DNA of 20,000 bases, taken from Candidatus Limnocylindrales bacterium (GTDB lineage: Bacteria; Moduliflexota; Moduliflexia; Moduliflexales; JAUQPW01). The stretch covers positions 116,628-136,627 of the forward strand of contig DATMBG010000026.1 of the NCBI GenBank assembly GCA_035559535.1, written 5' to 3'. The notes beneath the pieces are model-generated. The model saw only the letters and a program-made list of their open reading frames with translations, was not told the DNA's origin and did not search any database. The position numbers were made by a program, and so were the translations under genes. The first letter of the stretch is position 1. Every line of letters starts with the position of its first letter. Shown here in pieces: positions 1 to 8,191 of the stretch.

Positions 1-326
1 GCACATATAATCGTTCCTTTTACTTTCTCTCTATCCAGTATCCTCTCTGTCAAACAACATCCCTTTTCTGAGTAATCAATACCAAAAATTTGAAAACCAA
101 ACTCCTTAGCGAAATAAGGTAACCATACCGAGGCTGCACATCCTATCTCTAAAAGGCTACTTTCAGAAGTTCTAAGTCCCGAAAAGATTTGAGTAAAAAA
201 TTCATGAAATCGTCTGGGAATAGGATTTTTTAGAAGTCCTCGCTCAAAATCTATAGCAGGAGGCAATTCTAGAACTTCCCATCCTGAGTCCCAGTATTCT
301 TTGCTAACTCTATCGATCCTTTCCAT
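1..326 (-). CDS. Class I SAM-dependent methyltransferase, 5' part only (runs off the left window edge)
   Basis: Not in the ORF track. Manual translation from ATG at 326-324 gives MERIDRVSKEYWDSGW...SLLEIGCAASVWLPYFAKEFGFQIFGIDYSEKGC...GTIIC, 108 codons with no stop. LLEIGC is motif I-like and GIDYS is motif II-like. Confidence 0.85.
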   Translation of the reverse strand, partial: MERIDRVSKEYWDSGWEVLELPPAIDFERGLLKNPIPRRFHEFFTQIFSGLRTSESSLLEIGCAASVWLPYFAKEFGFQIFGIDYSEKGCCLTERILDREKVKGTIIC

Positions 327-348
327 AAAGTTCAGAACGATTAATCCT

Positions 349-1308
349 TCATTTTTTTCTTGCAGTGTAAGTAACAATGCCGTAGGTTTTTGTCCATATC
401 TGATAGCATTCCAATAGAGGTACTAAGGCACGGTCCAATATATCTATAGGATGAGTTAAGGCATAACGAAATATCGAAAAAATATTTTTTTCCAGTTTAT
501 TCCTGTTCAAATACTGAGAGAAGCTAGGTGGCATATCTTCCCAAGTAAAATCCCGACGCTTCACCAATCGCGTTATTAAATAATAAAGCCATCCCCTGGG
601 AGCCATCCCGTATATATTATTCCTATAATCTTCGGCTATAAGCTCCATCCCAACTATCTCCATATAACGTTGAATTGTATCCCTTGTAAAAAAGTATAAA
701 TGACGAGGGACATCTTCACCGAAAAGCCTTCTAGATGATAAGCTTTTAAAATTTGTAACCAAAAAAACAAAAATCCCATCCGATTTTAAGACCTCACTCG
801 CTTTTCTAAAATAGGCCATAGGATTGTGTACATGTTCTAAAACAGCCCATGCCGTTACGGCATCATACCGCGCACATTTCCCCTCGAGTTGATCAAAGGG
901 TATTCGATATACCGGAAAATCGTGAATAGGTTGAGAATTAGCAGAGATTTCAACTCCTTCAACTTCCCATCCCTGGGTGGCCATGTACCTTGCAAAGTCA
1001 CCGTTTGCACACCCTATATCCAAAAGACGTGGACGATCTTTTCCCTTTTTAACATCCAGCAAATATTTGCTTTCTTCCTGATATCTTTTCTTATGAAAAG
1101 CTAAATCTGTGGTAAAATACTCATAAAACTCGGCTGGGTAATAACGGTTTATTTCCTCAAAGCTTGGTCTTGGATTTACAAATCCAAGACCGCACCCTTT
1201 GCACTCTACCACGTTAAATCTTTCATTGGGGAAAAAATGCCTGTCCGGCATACTATAAACAAATTTCAATTTAGCTGATCCGCATAAGTTGCAATCGACA
1301 GTCTCCAT
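349..1308 (-). CDS. Class I SAM-dependent methyltransferase with N-terminal Zn-ribbon-like CxxC...CxxC (glycan-locus type)
   Basis: CNLC...CKGC at the N-terminus, LLDIGCANG, GVEIS, YDAVTAWAVLEHV, DVPRHLYFF. Confidence 0.9.
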   Translation of the reverse strand: METVDCNLCGSAKLKFVYSMPDRHFFPNERFNVVECKGCGLGFVNPRPSFEEINRYYPAEFYEYFTTDLAFHKKRYQEESKYLLDVKKGKDRPRLLDIGCANGDFARYMATQGWEVEGVEISANSQPIHDFPVYRIPFDQLEGKCARYDAVTAWAVLEHVHNPMAYFRKASEVLKSDGIFVFLVTNFKSLSSRRLFGEDVPRHLYFFTRDTIQRYMEIVGMELIAEDYRNNIYGMAPRGWLYYLITRLVKRRDFTWEDMPPSFSQYLNRNKLEKNIFSIFRYALTHPIDILDRALVPLLECYQIWTKTYGIVTYTARKK

Positions 1309-1392
1309 AATCCTTTCACTTATAATACTTCACGATAAAACAAACAGATACTAATTTACGCCTGACTATTAGAAGATGAAAAAACATCCTCT

Positions 1393-2742
1393 TTACTTTA
1401 ACAACCTTGTAGCGAAACCCATACAAAGAATCGTTGAAACTAAATAGACTGTTGAGGTGGATAGGGCAATTCCATAGACTCCCCAGATCTGCATAAACCA
1501 CCAGTTGAGGATCACATTCAAAACCATGTTAACACCTGTTACAAAGGTAAGGATTTGGTTTTTTCCCATTGCCGAGATGAGCCTGACGGCCAGAATACCT
1601 ATAAGATAACTGGGAGCCTGAAGTAAATAAGCTCGCTGAATTCCGGCCACCAAATGTGCCGCCTGGGCATCGAATGCCCCACGCTGAAAGATAAGACGTA
1701 CTAAAGGTTCTGAAATCAGAATAAGGACTGTTACAAGAGGAACACTGGTGAGTAATAAGAGTTGGGTGTATCGCTTTAAAGTATGTCGGCAACCTTCCCA
1801 ATCTTGTCGGGCAACCATTTCCGAGAAATAAGGTAGAATAGCCGTAGCTAGGGCAGTGGCCGTTATATTGGTTAAAAGAGAGGGAATTTTATTACCGAAA
1901 TTAAGTCCGGCAATAGAACCCGCATCCAGACCAGAGGCCATTGCCTGATCGACCAGCGCAGTACTACCCATCATAAGAGTTCCTCCCATTAATGCCCCCG
2001 TTTGGAGGAATACCCGCCGCAGATCTGAGTTGATCGGTTCCCAGTTCAGCCTGAGACTATAACCTCTTCGTGCTAAAGCAAACTGTAAGACACTAAGCTC
2101 TATGCCTGCTCCTATAACCGTGGCCCAGACTAAAACTCTCACCCCCCAGCTCGAACCTGATAAAAGTAAAAGAAAGATGGTCACGAGGGGTGTAAAGACA
2201 GGAACCAGGCTGCTAAACCCAAAACGCTTTCCCGCCTGAAGTACTCCATGACATAAAGTACTTAGACCTCTCAAGAAAAAATAGGGGATAAGCCCCCAAA
2301 TCAGGGAGAGGGTCAAGGCCTGCTTTTCCGGTGAAAAACCGTAAGCTATTATCCTTAACATCTGTGGGAGTACCCCTATAAAGAGGATAATCACCCCAAC
2401 TATCCCAATCAAAAGAAATGTAACCGTATTTGCCAAAAAGCGTTGAGCATAAAGTGGAATACCTCGATTTTCAATCTGAGCAAATACAGGAATAAAGGAG
2501 GATTGGAAAGCATTTAGTAAAAGATCTAGAAAAAAACTTACAACGGTAAAGGCAAAAATAAAGGCATCTAGATCTGTCGTTATACCAAATACACTGGCCA
2601 GGATGGTCTCTTTAAAAAAACTTATTACCTTAACCAGTGACGTAATCAGGCCAATGGTTAGAGCTGCACCGACGATCTCTCGATTGACCGTACCGGTTGT
2701 AAATTGTCGCCAGCGTGTCAAAAGAACCCGGGATATCGTCAC
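1393..2742 (-). CDS. MurJ/MviN-like MOP-superfamily flippase, probably exporting a lipid-linked glycan
   Basis: About 12-14 hydrophobic segments; KETILASVFG..LDAF, VDQAMAS..G, LFQRGAFD-like (IFQRGAFD) motifs typical of the MviN family; GTG start 12 nt after the upstream stop. Confidence 0.8.
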   Translation of the reverse strand: MTISRVLLTRWRQFTTGTVNREIVGAALTIGLITSLVKVISFFKETILASVFGITTDLDAFIFAFTVVSFFLDLLLNAFQSSFIPVFAQIENRGIPLYAQRFLANTVTFLLIGIVGVIILFIGVLPQMLRIIAYGFSPEKQALTLSLIWGLIPYFFLRGLSTLCHGVLQAGKRFGFSSLVPVFTPLVTIFLLLLSGSSWGVRVLVWATVIGAGIELSVLQFALARRGYSLRLNWEPINSDLRRVFLQTGALMGGTLMMGSTALVDQAMASGLDAGSIAGLNFGNKIPSLLTNITATALATAILPYFSEMVARQDWEGCRHTLKRYTQLLLLTSVPLVTVLILISEPLVRLIFQRGAFDAQAAHLVAGIQRAYLLQAPSYLIGILAVRLISAMGKNQILTFVTGVNMVLNVILNWWFMQIWGVYGIALSTSTVYLVSTILCMGFATRLLK

Positions 2743-2753
2743 AAAAATACCCC

Positions 2754-4061
2754 TTACGGTAAAGAGGAATCTAAGGTAGTCTGAATAGACGGTTTAACTC
2801 TATAGCGGGAGATATACTCCAGAAGAAAAGCAAGTATTACCAAACCCAAGAGTGCAACGGCTCCTGCAGTAAGTACATTCATTTTCCTGTTGGGTTTAAT
2901 AGGATTTTCAGGTATAACCGCCGAGTCTACGACCTTTAATTCCTGGGTTTTGGAGGCAACCTGGATTCGAGCTTCTTCAAACCTTTGTTTTAACGACTTA
3001 TAAACTTCCTTAGCTAACTCATACGTCCTGGTTAGATTCTCTAATTTTATCTCCCTTTGGGCTAAGTCCTTCTGTAAATCGGTCAGCCGCTTTCCATTGG
3101 CTTCCAGATCTCTGGCCAGAACTGCTTTCCTGACCTTCAAACCTTCCAGGCCGGAAAGGGCTTCCACCAGCTTGGGCTCCAGTTCCTGGTATAGAGGATT
3201 TACCTGTTCATCTTTTGCCTGAATCCCCAACAAATCCAGGGGCGGTAGCTTCGAAACTTCCTGGACTACGTCCTTCATTATCGAATCGTTGGATATGGAT
3301 CGGGAAAGCACCAGAATCTTCTTTTCATTTCCCAGCTTCTTACCCAATACGTCCACGACTGTATTTTGTTCCTCAATTATCTGATTGATTTCCAGAAGTT
3401 CCAGCTCGAGCCTTTCCTTCCCTTTCAGAAGGATTTCAACTTCTTTTCTTAATTTATCGATTTCTGAAGTTTCTTTAAAAGCCAGTAGCTCCTGCTCGGC
3501 TTTGGCCAGCGCCTCACTTGCCTCATCCAGTTGAGTTTTGAGAAAATCCCTGGACTTAACCGTTTCATCTTCATTGAGAGCTTTATTCAGTTCCACAGCC
3601 GAAACCGCTACCATATTGGCTATGTCTCGGGCCTTTTCAGGGTTTGTATACTCTACGTTAATACGAATCAGATTGGTACCTCTAAGGGGTACTACCGATA
3701 TCATTCCATCCATCAGACTTTCAAGAGTTAAATTATAAGGGGGTTTATCTAAACTAAATTTCTCAAGAATTTCTTTAGCAACCGTTTGACTTTTGATGAT
3801 CCCTACATACGTTTCGATAGGAGGAAGCCGGACTCCCACATTGCCCCCGATCTTCGGATCTGTGATAAGAAGAAGGGCTGTTGCTCGATACACTTTGGGC
3901 ATCAGAAGACTTATTATCGCTGCTAAGATCATACAAAGCAGGGTTCCCCCTATAATCAAATACTTCCACTTCCAGAGTACCTTCAAATAATCCATTAAAC
4001 TCGTTTCATCTGCCTCTTCTACGTCTGTTTTTACAATGAATTTTTCACTTACTTCGGCCAT
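2754..4061 (-). CDS. Wzz/GumC-family polysaccharide co-polymerase (chain-length determinant) with no tyrosine-kinase domain
   Basis: N-terminal SLMDYLKVLWKWKYLI + TM + PKVYRATA; long coiled coil; C-terminal VVDSAVIPENPIKP + TM; no Walker A domain. Confidence 0.85.
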   Translation of the reverse strand: MAEVSEKFIVKTDVEEADETSLMDYLKVLWKWKYLIIGGTLLCMILAAIISLLMPKVYRATALLLITDPKIGGNVGVRLPPIETYVGIIKSQTVAKEILEKFSLDKPPYNLTLESLMDGMISVVPLRGTNLIRINVEYTNPEKARDIANMVAVSAVELNKALNEDETVKSRDFLKTQLDEASEALAKAEQELLAFKETSEIDKLRKEVEILLKGKERLELELLEINQIIEEQNTVVDVLGKKLGNEKKILVLSRSISNDSIMKDVVQEVSKLPPLDLLGIQAKDEQVNPLYQELEPKLVEALSGLEGLKVRKAVLARDLEANGKRLTDLQKDLAQREIKLENLTRTYELAKEVYKSLKQRFEEARIQVASKTQELKVVDSAVIPENPIKPNRKMNVLTAGAVALLGLVILAFLLEYISRYRVKPSIQTTLDSSLP

Positions 4062-4140
4062 AGTTTTTCCCTGTAGTTTTTTTGCTTAAAAAGATAGGAT
4101 TATCCCTTCATAAAGATTTCCTTCTCTACCAGGTGTGCTA

Positions 4141-4169
4141 TAATTAACAAAAAACGGAAATCCTGTCAA
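4141..4169 (-). promoter_or_regulatory. Putative sigma70 promoter for the wzz-murJ-methyltransferase genes
   Basis: Minus strand reads TTGACA (4169-4164), 17 nt ending in TGT, then TAATTA (4146-4141). Confidence 0.5.
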
Positions 4170-4182
4170 GGGTTTTGTTGGC

Positions 4183-5280
<1,098 letters not shown>

Positions 5281-5324
5281 CTATTTCAGGAGCAGTTTTT
5301 TTCTCACCTGACCCCCCCCACGCG

Positions 5325-5370
5325 CCAGGATAAGTAGATTAACCGTCCCAGGATAAGTAGATTAACCGTC
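5325..5370. repeat. Perfect 23-bp tandem duplication (CCAGGATAAGTAGATTAACCGTC x2)
   Basis: 5325-5347 is identical to 5348-5370. Confidence 0.95.
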
Positions 5371-5524
5371 CCCGGTTGACAATTAGGTTAGCCCCAGCGG
5401 GACGACCTGTTTAACAGGCTGCTGCTCCGAAACTTGAAAAAACTTCTGGATGACTGAAACCCCGACGCAAGTCGGGGGGCTACCCACGGTTCGCCCTGGA
5501 TGGAGCTTTTTATCCTTATCCTGG
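5348..5524. mobile_element. Putative MITE/REP composite element with 10-bp terminal inverted repeats
   Basis: Starts CCAGGATAAG (5348) and ends CTTATCCTGG (5515-5524). Contains a GTAG-type palindrome (5357-5380), hairpin CCCCGAC-GCAA-GTCGGGG (5460-5477) and TCGCCCTGGATGGAGCTTTT (5491-5510), a motif shared with the 7773-7991 element. Confidence 0.5.
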
Positions 5525-5626
5525 CCCCTATGCTCCCCTAACCCCCTTCCCGACGTGGGAAGGAGGAACTTGGGGATAGCCTGGGTCCTCCTTACATAAC
5601 AATTCCATGGAGTTCCTTCGAACCTT

Positions 5627-5670
5627 CAGGTAATATTCTCACAGTAAACAGGTAATATTCTCCCGGTAAA
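5627..5670. repeat. 22-bp tandem direct repeat (CAGGTAATATTCTCaCaGTAAA / CAGGTAATATTCTCcCgGTAAA)
   Basis: 5627-5648 vs 5649-5670, 20/22 identical. Confidence 0.9.
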
Positions 5671-5678
5671 GTAGATAT

Positions 5679-5707
5679 AGGTTAATAAATATAGGGAGCT
5701 TTGTCAA
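5679..5707 (-). promoter_or_regulatory. Putative sigma70 promoter for fcl
   Basis: Minus strand reads TTGACA (5707-5702), 17 nt, TAACCT (5684-5679). Confidence 0.55.
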
Positions 5708-5762
5708 AGGTTTTCTAATAATTTAATAGGTGGAAGAAGAACCCCCCCCCCATCCCCCCTCA

Positions 5763-5967
5763 CTAACCATTACCCACATTTTTTCATTTCAGGGGATTAA
5801 TAACTGGTTTAGCTATCTTGCTGGTTGAGTAGCGAAATGCATTGAATCTCCTTCGTGAGGGAAAGATCCCTCTTTTTGCAAGGTGGGTCAACCGGGACGG
5901 TTGACCTACTAACTACTAACCGTTTTGAACCCATCCTCCCAAATCGAAAAATGTGGGTAAAGATAAG
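5763..5967. mobile_element. MITE-like element (205 bp) with about 21-bp terminal inverted repeats
   Basis: Left CTAACCATTACCCACATTTTT; right end reverse-complemented CTTATCTTTACCCACATTTTT (18/21, 14-bp perfect core). No ORF. Contains a GTAG-REP-like palindrome at 5887-5909. Confidence 0.7.
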
Positions 5968-6011
5968 CCGTCCACGGGGAGGGAGAAGAGGGAGGGGGCC
6001 AGGGGTGAGGG
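5968..6011 (-). repeat. GC-rich dispersed palindromic-family repeat, inverted copy of 8030-8073
   Basis: Reverse complement CCCTCACCCCTGGCCCCCTCCCTCTTCTCCCTCCCCGTGGACGG matches 8030-8073 at 41/44. Confidence 0.9.
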
Positions 6012-6031
6012 TTACTTAAAAATTAGAATAT

Positions 6032-6060
6032 TTGACAAATAAACTATGTCGATATAATAT
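6032..6060 (+). promoter_or_regulatory. Putative sigma70 promoter for the acyl-CoA ligase gene
   Basis: TTGACA at 6032-6037; TATAAT at 6053-6058 (15-nt spacer) or TAATAT at 6055-6060 (17-nt spacer). Confidence 0.65.
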
Positions 6061-6189
6061 GATAAAGTTTGAATACGGCTTTTTGTTCAGGATCAAAAAA
6101 TCTACCCTTTTCCTTCAAAGCGTCGTCTTGCATTCGGGTCGAGTTGGGGTTAATTAAAAGAATATTTTTATTTCATCGAGGTTGTCACC

Positions 6190-7758
6190 ATGAATTCAAT
6201 TTCCCCTGAGGGTAATACAAAATTTTCTAAAGCTCACAGGGAGCGTTCCAGCCTGTTAGAGTTGCTCGAATCTGCTCCCGGTGAGAAGGTTGCTGTCGTT
6301 TTACCTGAGACCGGAATTCGAATTACCTACGATTCACTGCGGGCTCAGGTTATGTCTATAGCCCATACCTTTGCAAAGGCCGGAATTTATCCGGGTGATC
6401 GTATAGCCCTTGCTTTACCCAACGGACTCCCGGCCATTGTATGTTTTCTTGCAGCCTCCTTTGTCGGTACCGCCGCTCCCTTAAATCCCGGTTACCGTTA
6501 TGAAGAATTCTGCTTCTACCTGGAGGATACGGCAGCCCGGGTTCTGGTCATTCCTCCTGAGGGTGGAGACGAAGCCCGACGCGCTGCAGGTGAGCGAATT
6601 CCTGTTTTGACCGTAGAAATCGATTCCGATGGTCTGGTCCGGCTTTCTACTCCGGAGCGTGGGCACCCTGCCCGTCATAGTCCCAGATTGGAACCCTATC
6701 CCGAAGATATAGCCCTTGTCCTACATACCAGCGGAAGCACGGGACGACCCAAACGGGTGCCTCTCCGACATTTCAATCTGGCCGTTTCTGCCCGGAATAT
6801 CGTGAATACCTATAAGCTAAATCCTGACGATGTGTCCCTCTGCGTAATGCCACTCTTCCACGTTCACGGACTGGTTGCTTCGGTTCTGTCAACCTTACTT
6901 TCCGGTGGTACGGTGGTTGTCCCGGCCCGGTTTAATCCTCTTTCGTTCTGGCGCATCGTTCGAGATCATAGGGTTACCTGGTATTCTGCAGTTCCTACGA
7001 TCCATCAACTTCTCTTAGCCCGCACCGGAAAAGGGTCCGAAAAACCCGCCGGTACAGAATCTTTGCGATTTATTCGATCTTGCAGTGCTCCCCTTTCACC
7101 CGAACTGATGCAAAGGATGGAGGAAATCTTCGAGGTTCCCGTACTTGAAGCCTACGGTATGACGGAAGCTGCCCATCAGATGGCTTCAAATCCACTTCCT
7201 CCGGGTATCCGTAAACCGGGTACCGTAGGACGGGGAACCGGCGTTCAAATCGGTATTATGGATTCTACCGGACAACTCCTGGAACCGGGTCAACCCGGAG
7301 AAGTGGTTATTCAGGGAGCTAACGTCATTCAGGGATACGAGAACAATCCGGAGGCCAATATAAGTTCTTTTGTAAACCGATGGTTTCGCACCGGAGATCA
7401 AGGGGTTCTCGATGGAGACGGTTATTTACGGCTTATTGGAAGGATTAAAGAATTAATTAACCGGGGAGGAGAGAAAATCTCTCCCCGTGAGATTGACGAG
7501 GTTTTGCTGACGCATCCGGCTGTGACAGAAGCCGTATGCTTTGGGGTTCCCCACCCAACGTGGGGTGAGGAAGTCGCAGCCGCCGTAGTTTTGCAACAGC
7601 AGGTAAGTGAATCGGATCTCCTGAGGTATTGCCAGGATCGCCTGGCCGACTTCAAGTGCCCTAAGAAGATATACCTTGTAGATTCGATCCCGCGGACCGC
7701 AACTGGAAAGATCCAACGCCGTGCGGTTGCCGAAGCTTTTTCAGGAAATCAAAAATAA
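6190..7758 (+). CDS. Acyl-CoA synthetase (ANL superfamily), oxalate--CoA ligase-like (AAE3/Pcs60/Oxs type)
   Basis: LHTSGSTGRPK, PLFHVHGL, FIRSCSA, EAYGMTEAAHQMASNPLP, WFRTGDQG, PRTATGKIQRR; this motif set resembles characterised oxalyl-CoA synthetases; GAGG RBS. Confidence 0.85.
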   Translation: MNSISPEGNTKFSKAHRERSSLLELLESAPGEKVAVVLPETGIRITYDSLRAQVMSIAHTFAKAGIYPGDRIALALPNGLPAIVCFLAASFVGTAAPLNPGYRYEEFCFYLEDTAARVLVIPPEGGDEARRAAGERIPVLTVEIDSDGLVRLSTPERGHPARHSPRLEPYPEDIALVLHTSGSTGRPKRVPLRHFNLAVSARNIVNTYKLNPDDVSLCVMPLFHVHGLVASVLSTLLSGGTVVVPARFNPLSFWRIVRDHRVTWYSAVPTIHQLLLARTGKGSEKPAGTESLRFIRSCSAPLSPELMQRMEEIFEVPVLEAYGMTEAAHQMASNPLPPGIRKPGTVGRGTGVQIGIMDSTGQLLEPGQPGEVVIQGANVIQGYENNPEANISSFVNRWFRTGDQGVLDGDGYLRLIGRIKELINRGGEKISPREIDEVLLTHPAVTEAVCFGVPHPTWGEEVAAAVVLQQQVSESDLLRYCQDRLADFKCPKKIYLVDSIPRTATGKIQRRAVAEAFSGNQK

Positions 7759-7772
7759 CTTTACCTCTATGC

Positions 7773-7991
7773 TGTAAAGTTAATCTTGATAAATCCTTAA
7801 AAGCTCCATCAGGAGCTGACTGTTTGGACCCCCAAACGTCTCGTTTGACTCCTCCAGCAGCAATGTGGGTTGGATCTGTTCCGAATCGGTCGCTCCTGGT
7901 GGAGCTTCCTCTCATAAGGCTGGGAATCTGTTTTGCTACAAATAGATCCCTCCTAACGGGGTTTTTAAGGTATATTAAAACTAACTTTACA
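7773..7991. mobile_element. MITE/REP-like element with long imperfect terminal inverted repeats
   Basis: Left TGTAAAGTTAATCTTGATAAATCCTTAAAAGCTCCATCAGGAG; right end reverse-complemented TGTAAAGTTAGTTTTAATATACCTTAAAAACCCCGTTAGGAG. Internal inverted copy GGTCGCTCCTGGTGGAGCTT at 7888-7907. Confidence 0.6.
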
Positions 7992-8029
7992 AGGTAGTAT
8001 ACTTTGTAAAGTTAATTCTGGGTGATTCT

Positions 8030-8166
8030 CCCTCACCCTCGGCTCCCTCCCTCTTCTCCCTCCCCGTGGACGGGGAGGGAAGGGGTGGGGGCGGAAAGGG
8101 GAGTGGGAAGATCTCCGGGCCGCCTCTCCCGAAGCCTCAGGAGAAGGGGGTTGGGGGGGATGAGGG
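8030..8166. repeat. GC-rich palindromic repeat element (CCCTCACCC...GGGATGAGGG) with internal hairpins
   Basis: Inverted ends CCCTCA(C/T)CC; internal stem CCCTCCCCGT-GG-ACGGGGAGGG; partial inverted copy at 5968-6011. Confidence 0.8.
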
Positions 8167-8191
8167 CAGAACAGTTAAAAGTACTAAGTAA

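Noticed and set aside
1..20. Minus-strand AAAGGA-N8-ATG-TGC resembling the Met-Cys start of an Ntn amidotransferase (asnB/glmS)
   Set aside because: It lies out of frame inside the continuous methyltransferase ORF starting at 326, which explains the sequence better
5325..5670. 23-bp and 22-bp repeats as a possible CRISPR array or plasmid iterons
   Set aside because: Only two abutting copies each, no spacers, and no cas or rep genes
7661..7915. 84-aa minus-strand ORF as a possible MITE-encoded peptide
   Set aside because: Spans repeat DNA and the antisense of the ligase 3' end; no RBS or protein-like features
8030..8166. G-quadruplex interpretation of the G-runs
   Set aside because: G-runs are matched by complementary C-runs, so Watson-Crick hairpins of a repeat family explain them more simply
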